A stretch of 45,051 bases of DNA from Nitrospinota bacterium (GTDB lineage: Bacteria; UBA8248), in NCBI GenBank assembly GCA_028820795.1, contig JAPPHK010000255.1, positions 1-45,051 of the forward strand. The letters run 5' to 3'. Positions 9,194 to 21,601 of the stretch are shown piece after piece (position 1 is the stretch's first letter; the number at the start of each line of letters is the position of its first letter). Made by a program: the position numbers and the translations under genes. The notes beneath the pieces were generated by a model that saw nothing but the letters and a program-made list of their open reading frames with translations, searched no databases and was not told the DNA's origin.

Positions 9194-9982
9194 ATGAGTT
9201 CCGCGACAATGGTGACACAAGGCATCCAGGCGCTTGGTAGGCGCGCAATGGAGATCATCGCCGGCATGGGAAAAGCCGCACTCTTCCTGCTCGAGTCCAT
9301 TCGGTGGATATTCGCACCTCCGTGGCGGCCCTCTCTCCTGATGCGCCAGATATACATCATCGGCACGGGTTCGCTCTCCATCGTCTTGCTAAGCGGCATG
9401 TTCACCGGAATGGTGCTGGCGCTGCAGGGCATTTACGCTTTTCGAAAATTCGGTTCCGAAGCCTTCCTGGGACCCGCCGTAGCATTCAGCCTCATCCGCG
9501 AACTTGGGCCCGTGCTTACCGCCCTCGTCGTTACCGGAAGGGCGGGTTCAGCCATGACGGCAGAAATCGGCATCATGCAGATCACAGAACAGGTGGACGC
9601 TCTCAAGAGCATGGCCGTGAACCCTCTGCAGCGCCTCGTCTCTCCCCGGCTGCTCGCGGGCGTGATAGTATTCCCCCTGCTGACGGCGCTTTGCGACCTT
9701 ATCGGCATATTCGGAGCCTACCTCGTAGGCGTGGAATTAATGGGATTGAGTTCGGGCACCTTTTTCGGAGAGATGCAGGATAAGATTGAGATGGTCGACA
9801 TCAACGTAGGCTTATGGAAGTCCATCGTCTTCGGTCTCATCGTCACGTGGGTCTGTTGCTATAAGGGGTATCATTGCGGTCACGGGGCCGAGGGAGTGGG
9901 CAAGGCGACCACCTCGGCCGTGGTGCTCTCTTCCGTCCTGATATTGGTGGGCGATTATTTCCTCACCTCGATCCTCATTTAA
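9194..9982 (+). CDS. mlaE: Mla-type ABC transporter permease
   Basis: 'LIRELGPVLTALVVTGRAGSAMTAEIGIMQITEQVDALKSMAVNP' is the characteristic MlaE core. Confidence 0.92.
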   Translation: MSSATMVTQGIQALGRRAMEIIAGMGKAALFLLESIRWIFAPPWRPSLLMRQIYIIGTGSLSIVLLSGMFTGMVLALQGIYAFRKFGSEAFLGPAVAFSLIRELGPVLTALVVTGRAGSAMTAEIGIMQITEQVDALKSMAVNPLQRLVSPRLLAGVIVFPLLTALCDLIGIFGAYLVGVELMGLSSGTFFGEMQDKIEMVDINVGLWKSIVFGLIVTWVCCYKGYHCGHGAEGVGKATTSAVVLSSVLILVGDYFLTSILI

Positions 9983-9997
9983 AGAAGGAACGGAGCC

Positions 9998-10444
9998 TTG
10001 TACCGAAAAAATGTGGAATTCGGCGTCGGCATATTCGTTCTGGCGGGTATCCTTGCGCTCGCCTATCTCTCGATCAACCTCGGCGGTCTGGATATTTTCG
10101 ATGACGGCACCTATGAAGTCTCGGCGAATTTCACGACCGCCACGGGTTTGAGAAAAGGCGCATCGGTGGAAATGGCGGGCGTGCGGGTCGGGCGAGTGAG
10201 CGGAATCTCCCTCGACGGGGAGGATGCGAAAATCACGCTGCGCATCGATGAGAGCATTGAACTCTCGCGGGATTCCATCGCCTCCATCCGAACGAAAGGG
10301 GTTTTGGGGGACAAATACGTGAGCCTCAGCCAGGGAGGGTCGGAAAAAATCATTCCACCGGGCGGACGGATTCGAGAGACGGAACCCCCGGTTGACATCG
10401 AGAAACTCATCGGCGACTTTGTTTTCGGCAAGGTGAAGAAATAA
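9998..10444 (+). CDS. mlaD: MCE-domain protein MlaD
   Basis: An N-terminal TM anchor followed by the MCE fold ('GLRKGASVEMAGVRVGRV'). TTG start at 9998, 15 nt after the mlaE stop. Confidence 0.88.
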   Translation: MYRKNVEFGVGIFVLAGILALAYLSINLGGLDIFDDGTYEVSANFTTATGLRKGASVEMAGVRVGRVSGISLDGEDAKITLRIDESIELSRDSIASIRTKGVLGDKYVSLSQGGSEKIIPPGGRIRETEPPVDIEKLIGDFVFGKVKK

Positions 10445-10577
10445 AGAATCATCGCCCTATGTGGCGACCTTTGGAGATGGATTCCGTATTGAGAGGCAGG
10501 AACAAAGATTAAGATCATCATATCATCCCGGTTTCGCCGCCATTCCCGGATTCAGGATTAACCGTACGAGGAAAACC

Positions 10578-11183
10578 ATGTTTTTGAAAAAGCGTTTGCC
10601 GTTCCTCATCACCACCCTCATCGTTTGTGTGCTTCTCACGCCGAGCGCTCAAGCGGGAGAGCCGTCCGAAGTGGTGCGAAAGGGGATTCACGGGGTATTG
10701 GAGATCCTCGGCCAACCCGAATTGAAAGCTCCCGAGAAAAAGGCGGAGCGCAGGAACCGGATGCGTAAAGTCATCCACCGGCATTTCGATTTCGAGGAAA
10801 TGTCCCGGAGAAGCCTCGCGAGGGCGTGGAGAAAACGCACACCCAAGGAAAAGGCCGAATTCATCGAACTATTCAGCTATTTCATGGAACGAAACTACGC
10901 CAGCACACTGGAAAGCTATACCAACGAGAAAGTCGTTCTCGGCAAGGAGACCAGCGACGCGGAATTCGCAAAAGTTAACACCGTGATCATCACAACTGAC
11001 AAGAAAGAGGTCGATATTGTTTATCGCCTTCACAAAGCGGGGGGTGAATGGCGAGTCTACGACGTTGTGGTGGAGGGTGTGAGTCTCGTGAAAAACTACC
11101 GCGACCAGTTCCGATCGATCATCCGGAGAACTTCCTACGCCAACCTCGTGAAAATCCTCCGGGCCAAGAGAGACGAGGGTTAG
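10578..11183 (+). CDS. mlaC: Periplasmic phospholipid-binding protein MlaC (Ttg2D family)
   Basis: Signal peptide 'MFLKKRLPFLITTLIVCVLLTPSAQA'. 'FDFEEMSRRSLARAWRK', 'Y..E.V' and 'W.VYDVVVEGVSLV.NYR.QF' are typical of MlaC. SD GAGGA lies upstream of ATG 10578. Confidence 0.88.
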   Translation: MFLKKRLPFLITTLIVCVLLTPSAQAGEPSEVVRKGIHGVLEILGQPELKAPEKKAERRNRMRKVIHRHFDFEEMSRRSLARAWRKRTPKEKAEFIELFSYFMERNYASTLESYTNEKVVLGKETSDAEFAKVNTVIITTDKKEVDIVYRLHKAGGEWRVYDVVVEGVSLVKNYRDQFRSIIRRTSYANLVKILRAKRDEG

Positions 11184-11511
11184 TGGGGTCGCCCGCGGCA
11201 GGCGGTCTGCCCGGGACTTGGGGAAGCGGGTATTTGCGGCTCACCTCCGCATGGTTTCGCAGCCCCATCGCCTCTCTTTGCACGATGAGGAAATACCGGT
11301 AGCGCTCCGCCTCGTCCATTGCGACGTGGAGCGCGCGCTTGAGCCTGTTCCTGATTTTATCGCCGAGCTCACCACCCTCTTCCCAGGCGCGCCAGGCGGC
11401 CCACGCCCTTTGATGCCGCTTGGAAAACTCGCTGCCGATGCGGCCGAGCGTGGAGGCCATTTCTTCGGCTATCTCGCGCTCCACGGCCAAGGGCTTGAAT
11501 TTTTCACTCAT
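11119..11511 (-). CDS. Hypothetical helical protein (130 aa), apparently co-transcribed with the MFS gene
   Basis: ATG 11511 lies 4 nt after the MFS stop codon. The first ~95 aa look like a real helical protein. The tail runs antisense into the 3' end of mlaC. Confidence 0.45.
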   Translation of the reverse strand: MSEKFKPLAVEREIAEEMASTLGRIGSEFSKRHQRAWAAWRAWEEGGELGDKIRNRLKRALHVAMDEAERYRYFLIVQREAMGLRNHAEVSRKYPLPQVPGRPPAAGDPTNPRLSWPGGFSRGWRRKFSG

Positions 11512-11515
11512 GCTT

Positions 11516-12700
11516 CTACGCCGTCTCCCTGGGCAGTCCGAGTGAGAGGAACGAACCAACAATGCCGAATGCCATGCAGACCAGCGGCAGGGCGGTTTCC
11601 ACGCCGATGTAGTCGGCCAGACCGCCTACCGCGATCATCCCGATGCTCGCCACGAACCAGACCACCCCGAGCATGAAACTGCTGACCAGGGCGGCGTGTT
11701 CGGGAGCAATCTCCTGCGCATACGTCACGGAAACCCCCATCTGCGCGTAAAAGGCTGCGCCCGAGAGAATGACGAAAACGGTTCGAAGAGGCTCATCGAA
11801 CAGAAAGGCCATGCCCAATGCGGGTGTTCCCACACAGATGGCCATGATCGTCACGATCCGCCTGCCGAAGATATCGGAGAGATGCCCGCCGTAGATGCCT
11901 CCGATTGCCGCGGCGACCAGAAACAGGGTGACGGCGGTTCCGCCCGCGGCCAGCGAACCGCCCTTGGCGATAATGTATATCGGCAAGAAGACCTGCACCG
12001 TCATCGTCACCGTGGTGCGGCAAAGATTCACGAGCCACAACAGGAAAAGCGGACGAAACACGAGCCTGAGCATGCGAATCGTCTGTATGAAACTCTGCGA
12101 AGCGCCGCGCCCCACGTCCCGGATGGGTGGAGCGATGAAAAACAAGGGAAGCCCGATGATGATGCCAACAAGGCTGGCGTACGGCATGGCGTCGATGCCC
12201 CACCGGGTGACGATGAACGTCGCCATGCCCGAGCCCAGCCCTACCCCCAGGCGGCCACCCGCAACGTAGAGAGACATCCCGAACCCTTTTCTCGCGCCCG
12301 CGGATTGACCGGCAATGACCGAAGCCACGGGATGAAAACAGGCCGACCCCGAGCCCGCGATCAGCATGAGCAACATGAGAATCCAGAAATTCGGCATATA
12401 GAGCATGAACGCCAGAAGCGCGCCGCCCAGCGGCCCAAGGGCCAGAAGCCATCCTTTCCTGATCCTGTCGGCGAAGTAGCCGAAAAGGGGCTGGCCCACG
12501 GCGCCCGTGACGGAAAGCGTGGTGGCCAGAAGCCCCGCCAGGCTCAAGGGCAGGTCCATGCGTTCCACGATGAGCGGAAGCAGCGGCGGGAGAAAACCGA
12601 AATAGCTGTCGTTCGCGACGTGGGCGACGATAAGGAGGGAGATTCTTCTTTTCTTGAGGCGCTCTGGAACCGCGCCCGCCACGACCGTTTCTTTCAACAA
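11516..12700 (-). CDS. MFS transporter
   Basis: About 12 hydrophobic helices and 'GYFADRIRKG', a motif-A-like loop. The listed start is TTG, so the exact start is uncertain. Confidence 0.85.
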   Translation of the reverse strand: MLKETVVAGAVPERLKKRRISLLIVAHVANDSYFGFLPPLLPLIVERMDLPLSLAGLLATTLSVTGAVGQPLFGYFADRIRKGWLLALGPLGGALLAFMLYMPNFWILMLLMLIAGSGSACFHPVASVIAGQSAGARKGFGMSLYVAGGRLGVGLGSGMATFIVTRWGIDAMPYASLVGIIIGLPLFFIAPPIRDVGRGASQSFIQTIRMLRLVFRPLFLLWLVNLCRTTVTMTVQVFLPIYIIAKGGSLAAGGTAVTLFLVAAAIGGIYGGHLSDIFGRRIVTIMAICVGTPALGMAFLFDEPLRTVFVILSGAAFYAQMGVSVTYAQEIAPEHAALVSSFMLGVVWFVASIGMIAVGGLADYIGVETALPLVCMAFGIVGSFLSLGLPRETA

Positions 12701-12761
12701 CGCTCTCCGACACTAAATTACTGCAATGAACCCGCCTGAACCAGACTCGGATGTGAGGTGA

Positions 12762-15407
<2,646 letters not shown>

Positions 15408-15473
15408 ATATTGATTTCTCCAAATGACGCACCTGATGCGAAAAATTCAGCGGCAAGATACGTCCTGTCCGCT

Positions 15474-17105
15474 TTAGACGGCGACGTCTTGTTGATACAG
15501 GCCGAAAACCTCGCGCAGGGTGTCCGCGATTTCTCCGACCGTGGCCTCGGCCTTCACCGCCCTCAGGATGTAGGGCAGAAGGTTGTCATCGCTCCTGGCC
15601 GCGTGGCTCAAGGCGTCGAGCGCCTCGCTCGTACGATCGGCGTGGCGCCGTATCCTGAGCGAGGCGACGCGCTCTTTTTGCTCTCCCTCGACCTCGGGGC
15701 GAATCTGGAGCGTCGAAATGCCTGACTCTTCTTCCTGTTGATATCGGTTAACGCCGACGACGACCATCTCTCCCTCTTCCACGAGACGCTGGTAGGCATA
15801 GGCGCTGTCTTGAATCTGGTGCTGGACCCAACCCGTCTCGATAGCATGGAGCATGCCGCCGGTTTCGTCGATATGCTGAATGATTTCCTCCGCGCGGGAG
15901 ACAATCTCGGACGTCATGGCCTCGATGGCGTACGCCCCCCCGCATGGATCCGCTACGTTCGGCACGTTCGATTCCTCAGCGATTATCTGCTGGGTTCTTA
16001 GCGCAAGCCTCGCCGCATCTTCCGTGGGCAGGGAAAGCGCCTCGTCCATCGAATTCGTGTGAAGCGACTGCGTACCCCCCAACACGGCGGCCATTGCCTG
16101 TAGAGCGACTCGTACGACGTTGTTTTTCGGCTGCTGTGCCGTCAGTGCGCTGCCTGCGGTCTGGGAGTGAAACCGCAGCATACAGGCCTTCTCCGACCGA
16201 GCCCCGAAGCGCTCACGCATGATCCGCGCCCAAAGCCTTCTCGCGGCTCGGAACTTTGCGATTTCTTCCAGAAAGTGATTGTGGACATTGAAGAAAAACG
16301 AGATTTGCGAGCCGAGTTCATCCACGTTCAAACCCGCGGCGACCGCGGCCTCCACATAGGTGATGGCGTTCGCGAGCGTAAAAGCCACTTCCTGTACAGC
16401 AGTCGAGCCCGCCTCGCGAATGTGGTAGCCGCTAATCGATATGGCGTTCCACTTCGGAACCCTGTCTTTGCAGAACTCCATGGTGTCGGTGATGAGACGC
16501 AGGCTCGCTTCTGGTGGATAAATATAGGTTCCTCGCGAGATGTATTCCTTCAAGATGTCGTTCTGAACGGTTCCACGGAGCGCTTCGGACGGAATGCCGT
16601 GCTTCTCGGCCACCGCGACGTAGAGGGCCAGCAAAATGGGTGCGGTGGCGTTGATGGTCATCGAGGTGGAAATCTTGTCCAGAGGGATATCCTCGAGCAG
16701 AACCTCCATGTCCTCGATAGAGGCGATGGACACTCCCACGCGTCCCACTTCGCCGTACACCAGGGGATGATCGGGGTCGTAGCCGATCTGGGTGGGCAGA
16801 TCGAACGCCACGGAAATTCCCATCTGACCATGATCCAGGAGATAGCGGTAGCGGTGGTTGCTCTCCCTTGCGCTGCCGAAACCGGCGTATTGGCGCATCG
16901 TCCATAGCCTGCCCCGGTACATGTTCTCGTAGATTCCCCGAGTGTAGGGATGCGCTCCCGGCTCCTCGTCCAGGTTTTCAGAATCCACATCTCCCGGTCC
17001 GAAAAACGCAGGCAGCGTGATGCCCGAGAGAGTGGCTCGACCCTCTTCTTCGGTACGCTCATTCCAAGCCCTTTGGGCCATGGCGATGCTCGGCTCGCTC
17101 AACAT
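15474..17105 (-). CDS. Methylmalonyl-CoA mutase family, large (substrate-binding TIM-barrel) subunit without a B12-binding domain
   Basis: '[24 protein letters not shown]', '[14 protein letters not shown]', '[11 protein letters not shown]' and '[24 protein letters not shown]'. The protein ends where the linker and B12 domain would begin. Start ATG 17105 is preferred over 17156. Confidence 0.9.
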   Translation of the reverse strand: MLSEPSIAMAQRAWNERTEEEGRATLSGITLPAFFGPGDVDSENLDEEPGAHPYTRGIYENMYRGRLWTMRQYAGFGSARESNHRYRYLLDHGQMGISVAFDLPTQIGYDPDHPLVYGEVGRVGVSIASIEDMEVLLEDIPLDKISTSMTINATAPILLALYVAVAEKHGIPSEALRGTVQNDILKEYISRGTYIYPPEASLRLITDTMEFCKDRVPKWNAISISGYHIREAGSTAVQEVAFTLANAITYVEAAVAAGLNVDELGSQISFFFNVHNHFLEEIAKFRAARRLWARIMRERFGARSEKACMLRFHSQTAGSALTAQQPKNNVVRVALQAMAAVLGGTQSLHTNSMDEALSLPTEDAARLALRTQQIIAEESNVPNVADPCGGAYAIEAMTSEIVSRAEEIIQHIDETGGMLHAIETGWVQHQIQDSAYAYQRLVEEGEMVVVGVNRYQQEEESGISTLQIRPEVEGEQKERVASLRIRRHADRTSEALDALSHAARSDDNLLPYILRAVKAEATVGEIADTLREVFGLYQQDVAV

Positions 17106-17294
17106 GGAACCCCCTAACAACGAGAACCCGAATGACGATTTAGCAACAAAAAGCAAAATACCATATTCGCGTGCAAGCAGGCCAGCTTGAGGCGAAATGC
17201 AAGACTCAAGCTGGGAGTGATTGCGTGGGGTGCAACTCCTTCTGGGGATTGCTCTCGAATTTCAAAATCAAGCAATACAAGTTACAATTTTCTC

Positions 17295-17900
17295 ATGACT
17301 ACCTATCGTCTGCCCTTGTTCCCGCTTCAAGTCGTACTCCTTCCGGGCCAGCGACTGCCCCTGCATATTTTCGAGGAACGCTACAAGACCATGATCGGCG
17401 AGTGCATCGAAGACGATGCCCCTTTCGGCGTCGTTCTGGTGGGCACAGAAGGAATCCACAAAATCGGATGCTCGGCACGCATCACCCAGGTGCTCGAAAA
17501 ATTTCCCGACGGCAGGATGAACATCCTTACTCAAGGAGAACAGCGTTTCGAGGTAATCCGCGTCTATGACACCCGGCCCTACTTCGAGGGGGAGGTGAGC
17601 GATTTTCATGACGAGGAAGGGGACGACCCCTCTGACTTATGCCGAATGGTGTGGGACGCTCTCGAGAAAAGCGGTTCGGCGCCCCGGAATTTGCCCGATG
17701 AATTACTGGAAGACCCGTTCCGCCTCTCTTTCGCCGTTGCCGAGGTTCTCAGGCTGCCACTTCGGGAAAAGCAGTCCTTGCTGGGGTCGCGTTCTCTCAG
17801 GTGGCGGCTGAAACGGTTGCTCGCATTCCTAAAAAAAGACAAACCCTCGAGATTCAGCCTTACCGACTACGAGAAGTCCGCCCACAGAAACGGACACTGA
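17295..17900 (+). CDS. LON N-terminal (substrate-binding) domain protein
   Basis: 'LPLFPL.VVLLPGQRLPLHIFEERYK.M' is the classic start of a Lon N-domain. Start at ATG 17295. Confidence 0.85.
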   Translation: MTTYRLPLFPLQVVLLPGQRLPLHIFEERYKTMIGECIEDDAPFGVVLVGTEGIHKIGCSARITQVLEKFPDGRMNILTQGEQRFEVIRVYDTRPYFEGEVSDFHDEEGDDPSDLCRMVWDALEKSGSAPRNLPDELLEDPFRLSFAVAEVLRLPLREKQSLLGSRSLRWRLKRLLAFLKKDKPSRFSLTDYEKSAHRNGH

Positions 17901-17938
17901 AACCTTTTCCGGGTTGAAGGGAAAGCGCCCGCAATCAC

Positions 17939-18724
17939 TCAGCGATCTCCCTCCAGCACTTGGACGCGTTTGATGGAAAGAGCCTTTCCGGTATCCGGGT
18001 CTATCATGACAATCACGCCGTTCAGCTGACCATCGCCACCGGCCACCTCGAAACGGCGCGGAAGCCCTGATATGAATTTATCCAGAACAATCTCCGTTTT
18101 CATGCCGATGATGGAATTGCGAGGCCCCGTCATGCCGACGTCCGTGATGAAGGCCGTACCTTTGGGAAGCACCCGCTCGTCCGCCGTTTGAATGTGGGTA
18201 TGCGTACCGAAGACGGCGCTTACGCGTCCGTCGAGGTGCCAGCCCATCGCCACCTTCTCGCTCGTGGCCTCCGCGTGAAAATCGACCATGATCATATTCG
18301 TCTCTTGACTCACCCGTCTGATGAGAGCATCAGCTTCCCTGAAAGGACATTCGATGGGCGGCATGAAGACGCGGCCCATGAGGTTCAAAACGGCGAGGCG
18401 GCCTTTCTCTGATTCCAGCACGAAGACGCCTTTTCCCGGCGTTCGGGGAGGGTAGTTCCCGGGCCTGAGCAAGCGGGGTTCATGCAAGATAAAATCAGCC
18501 GTTTCCTTGCGGTTCCAGATGTGATTCCCAGAGGTGATGACGTCTGCCCCTGCGTCAAGCAACTCATCGACGTGCGAATTGTTGATCCCGAAGCCACCGG
18601 CGGCGTTCTCTCCGTTGATGACGCAAACGTCCACCTCGTGTTTTTTCCTGAGCTCTCCCAAATGGGCGCAGGCCATCCGTCGGCCTACTTTTCCTGTGAT
18701 GTCTCCGACGAACAGAAGCCTCAA
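17939..18724 (-). CDS. ymdB: YmdB-family metallophosphoesterase (TIGR00282-type 2',3'-cyclic-nucleotide phosphodiesterase)
   Basis: 'LLFVGDITGK.GR', 'INGENAAGGFGI', 'ITSGNHIW' and 'DFHAEATSEK'. TTG start at 18724 with GAGG 8 nt upstream, 7 nt after the rny stop. The 5' extension in the ORF track overlaps rny and is not YmdB-like. Confidence 0.9.
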   Translation of the reverse strand: MRLLFVGDITGKVGRRMACAHLGELRKKHEVDVCVINGENAAGGFGINNSHVDELLDAGADVITSGNHIWNRKETADFILHEPRLLRPGNYPPRTPGKGVFVLESEKGRLAVLNLMGRVFMPPIECPFREADALIRRVSQETNMIMVDFHAEATSEKVAMGWHLDGRVSAVFGTHTHIQTADERVLPKGTAFITDVGMTGPRNSIIGMKTEIVLDKFISGLPRRFEVAGGDGQLNGVIVMIDPDTGKALSIKRVQVLEGDR

Positions 18725-18731
18725 GACTACC

Positions 18732-20315
18732 TCAACGCGCAGTGGCCACGTGGCGGGTTTCACGGATGACGGTGACGAGGATTTCTCCGGGATATGTGCG
18801 TTCGCTCTCGATTCTTTTGGCGATGTCACGCGCCAGGAAGGTGGCCTGCGAGTCGTTGACTTCATCGGGCAGGACCGACACGCGAATCTCCCGGCCCGCC
18901 TGGATGGCGAAGCATTTCTCCACGCCCTTGAAGGATTCGGCGATCTTCTCGAGCGCCTCGAGGCGCTTGATGTAGCTTTCCACCATCTCGCGCCTTGCAC
19001 CCGGCCGGGCGGCGGAAAGCGTATCAGCCGCCTTCACGAGGACCGATTCGATGCAATTCGCCTCCTCGTCCTCATGGTGAGAGACGATGGCGTTCAGAAC
19101 CTCGGGCGGCTCGTTGTATCGCCTGGCGATATCGTAGCCTATCTGGACGTGGGAACCCTCGACCTCGTGCGTCGCCGCCTTGCCGATGTCATGAAACAAG
19201 CCCGCGCGCTTGGCCATCGTAGGATCGATGCGCAACTCGTCCGCGAGCATTCCTGCCAGATAGGCTACTTCCTTCGAGTGCATCAGCGCATTCTGGCTGT
19301 AGCTTGTGCGGTACTTGAGGCGCCCCAGCATATTCACGAGTTCGGGATGCACGTCGCCGACTCCGAGTTCCATGATGGCCTCCTCGCCCGCCCGGCGTAT
19401 CTGCGAGTCGAGGTCCTTTTTCGTCTTGTTGACGATGTCCTCGATTCTCCCCGGGTGGATTCTCCCGTCCTGTACGAGCGCTTCGAGCGCCAACCGCGCC
19501 GTCTCGCGGCGAACCTTGTCGAAACCCGATACAACGACGGCCTCGGGCGTATCGTCGATAATCACGTCCACGCCGGTCGCCATCTCCAGGGCGCGAATGT
19601 TGCGGCCTTCGCGACCGATAATACGGCCTTTCATCTCATCGGTCGGCAAATCCACCACACTCACCAGGTTTTCCGCCACGTGCTCGGAAGAAAAGCGTTC
19701 CACGGCCAGGGCGAGCGCCTTTTTCGCTTCGGCTTCCACGGTATTCCTAGCCCGGCGCTCGAGACGCTGCACCTCGGTGGCTATGTCCTGTTTCGCCTCC
19801 TCCATAAAACGATCCTTGAGTTCTTTCTTCGCGTTCTCGACGCTAAGACCGGAAATCTCCTCGAGCTTTCTTATCTCCTCTTCCTGTAATTGCCTGTAGC
19901 GCACTTCCTCACGCTTCAGTTCCTGTTCCTTTTCGCTCAATTCGGCTTCGCGCCGCTCTACCGCTGCCTCTTTGCCGTCCAGGCTCTCGCGGCGCCTGTC
20001 CAGTTTTTCTTCGCGCTGGTTCACCCTTTGTTCGAGCTTTTGAAGCTCATCCACGCGGGTTTTGTTCTCCCGCTCAATGCGTTCTCTCTCCTGCAGCAAC
20101 TCCGCCTTGTGCGCGACTTGTGATTCCTGAATCTTCTGCGCGAGTTCTGCGGCCGCGCTCTCGTTCGCCTGTTGAACCCGCTTGTCGGCGTCCGCCTCCA
20201 AGCGGACTACCGTCTCTTCATGCCGTCGCCTCATCGCCCGCATGTTCAAAATCACAGCCACGCAAACAACGGCGGCGGCAACAACGGCTATCTGCAACAA
20301 AACCACGTTATCCAT
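18732..20315 (-). CDS. rny: Ribonuclease Y
   Basis: N-terminal TM helix, long coiled coil, KH domain ('[15 protein letters not shown]') and HD domain ('HDIGKA', 'HH'). Strong SD TAGGAGG upstream. Confidence 0.97.
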   Translation of the reverse strand: MDNVVLLQIAVVAAAVVCVAVILNMRAMRRRHEETVVRLEADADKRVQQANESAAAELAQKIQESQVAHKAELLQERERIERENKTRVDELQKLEQRVNQREEKLDRRRESLDGKEAAVERREAELSEKEQELKREEVRYRQLQEEEIRKLEEISGLSVENAKKELKDRFMEEAKQDIATEVQRLERRARNTVEAEAKKALALAVERFSSEHVAENLVSVVDLPTDEMKGRIIGREGRNIRALEMATGVDVIIDDTPEAVVVSGFDKVRRETARLALEALVQDGRIHPGRIEDIVNKTKKDLDSQIRRAGEEAIMELGVGDVHPELVNMLGRLKYRTSYSQNALMHSKEVAYLAGMLADELRIDPTMAKRAGLFHDIGKAATHEVEGSHVQIGYDIARRYNEPPEVLNAIVSHHEDEEANCIESVLVKAADTLSAARPGARREMVESYIKRLEALEKIAESFKGVEKCFAIQAGREIRVSVLPDEVNDSQATFLARDIAKRIESERTYPGEILVTVIRETRHVATAR

Positions 20316-20324
20316 ATTCGCCTC

Positions 20325-20942
20325 CTAGGGCATATATTCACGTGGGAGGCAACGCAGCGCCCCCCGATCGGTTATCACCCAATCAACGCCGACATCCCAG
20401 GCATCACGCTTCCAGGATTCACCGACGAGCAACTGAAACGCATAACAAGCGCCCACAAGAAGAGGGCCGGACCCGTCCAGGCCGCCGCGGCGCCCCTGAA
20501 ACGTGCGGTCGTAGAATCCCCCGCCGGTTCCCAGCCGGCCGCCATACAGGTCGAACGCAAGGCCGGGGATCACGACCGCATCGAGTTCATTCACATTCAG
20601 GGCTGGAATATCGCGAACAGGTTCTGGAATTCGAAGCGTGCCAGGCTGAAGCTCCGCCTCGGGATGATTTACCGGACAGAAGTGCAAAACATCTTTCCCC
20701 ACCCGGGGGAAGCAATATGTCCTATCTGCATCGCTGCCTTCACTCCAGAGCGGCGAGAAGTCCATCTCACCGCGAACCGCCGCATATATCCCCACCCTGC
20801 GCGCCCCCATGAAAGCCAGAAGAGCATCCAGGCGCCGTCCCGCCAAGCGGCTCAACACGCCAGCCTCGGCAGGGGGGAAGTGTTCTCTGATCTCCTTCAT
20901 TTTCAGCCGAACGTCGCGTTTCTCGATGTCTGATTCGGCCAT
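20325..20942 (-). CDS. ygfA: 5-formyltetrahydrofolate cyclo-ligase
   Basis: 'VIPGLAFDLYGGRLGTGGGFYDR' is the signature motif. The position directly downstream of a 6S-like RNA matches E. coli ssrS-ygfA. Confidence 0.88.
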   Translation of the reverse strand: MAESDIEKRDVRLKMKEIREHFPPAEAGVLSRLAGRRLDALLAFMGARRVGIYAAVRGEMDFSPLWSEGSDADRTYCFPRVGKDVLHFCPVNHPEAELQPGTLRIPEPVRDIPALNVNELDAVVIPGLAFDLYGGRLGTGGGFYDRTFQGRRGGLDGSGPLLVGACYAFQLLVGESWKRDAWDVGVDWVITDRGALRCLPREYMP

Positions 20943-20994
20943 GAATCCTCTTTCAACGCCAAACCCGAGTCATCATGAGCAAAACAGGAATCAC

Positions 20995-21180
20995 GCCCGA
21001 AGACTCGAGGCCCATATCAGTAATGACCCCGCCTTGTGCCGTGTGAGGTTCGCTTTGAACCCAGCTTTCGCCAGGTGGGCGTCCACCTCCATGGCTTTAG
21101 GCCGAACTCCCCGAGAGGAATAGCTCACCACCGTGGATCAGGACTCCCGGTACAATAGTACTGGGTCAAAATGCTTTCCC
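20995..21180 (-). ncRNA. ssrS: Probable 6S RNA (ends approximate, +/- 20 nt)
   Basis: It lies in a 337-nt non-coding gap between zapA and the cyclo-ligase gene, the conserved zapA-ssrS-ygfA synteny. Minus-strand segments 'GGUGGUGAGC', 'GGCCUAAAGCC' and 'CCUGGCGAAAGCUGGGUUCAAAGCGAACC' parallel E. coli 6S 'GGUUGGUGAGC', 'AGCCUUAAAAC' and 'CCUUGAACCAAGGGUUCAAGGGUUACAGCC'. Confidence 0.65.
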
Positions 21181-21279
21181 CCATCACGAACACGGCAGGG
21201 TCAAAGCAAGTGAGCATTATGACACTAAAATCTGGGGATGAATACAGGAAAAACCTATTGCGTGGGAAGAAACTTCTGC

Positions 21280-21558
21280 TCAGCCCGCTTTTCTCACCAT
21301 CTCCAATAGAGAATCAGCGCGCTGCGAGAGGGTTTCCTCGCTTTGTTCATTCGCTTTTCTCTGCTCGAACAACTCATTGGCGATGTTCATCGAAGCCAGC
21401 AGAACGACCTTTATCGGATCATTCGACTGGCGTGAGACCTTGTGAATTTGAGAATCTACATATTCGGCCAATTGCAACGTGTAATCCGAATTAGCCGAAC
21501 TTCTCAGGTTCAGGGAATGACCAAATATCTCCACCACGAATTTATTCTCCCCGGCCAT
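21280..21558 (-). CDS. zapA: Cell division protein ZapA (92 aa)
   Basis: 'VVEIFGHSLNLRS......LQLAEYVD..I' and 'LLASMNIANELF' fit the ZapA pattern. ATG 21558 has SD AAGGAGA 6 nt upstream. Confidence 0.8.
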   Translation of the reverse strand: MAGENKFVVEIFGHSLNLRSSANSDYTLQLAEYVDSQIHKVSRQSNDPIKVVLLASMNIANELFEQRKANEQSEETLSQRADSLLEMVRKAG

Positions 21559-21601
21559 AAGCTGTCTCCTTATGCCGCTGACTTGCATATATTGCGACAA
21601 A

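Noticed and set aside
11696-12739. 347-aa plus-strand ORF and 306-aa minus-strand alternative frame over the MFS transporter gene
   Set aside because: The frame with twelve hydrophobic helices (11516..12700) is the real gene. The others are highly charged, Arg/His-rich shadow frames.
18534-19889. 451-aa plus-strand ORF antisense to rny and ymdB
   Set aside because: Same artefact class. It has no motifs, spans a gene boundary of the real minus-strand genes, and has biased Arg/Leu/His composition.
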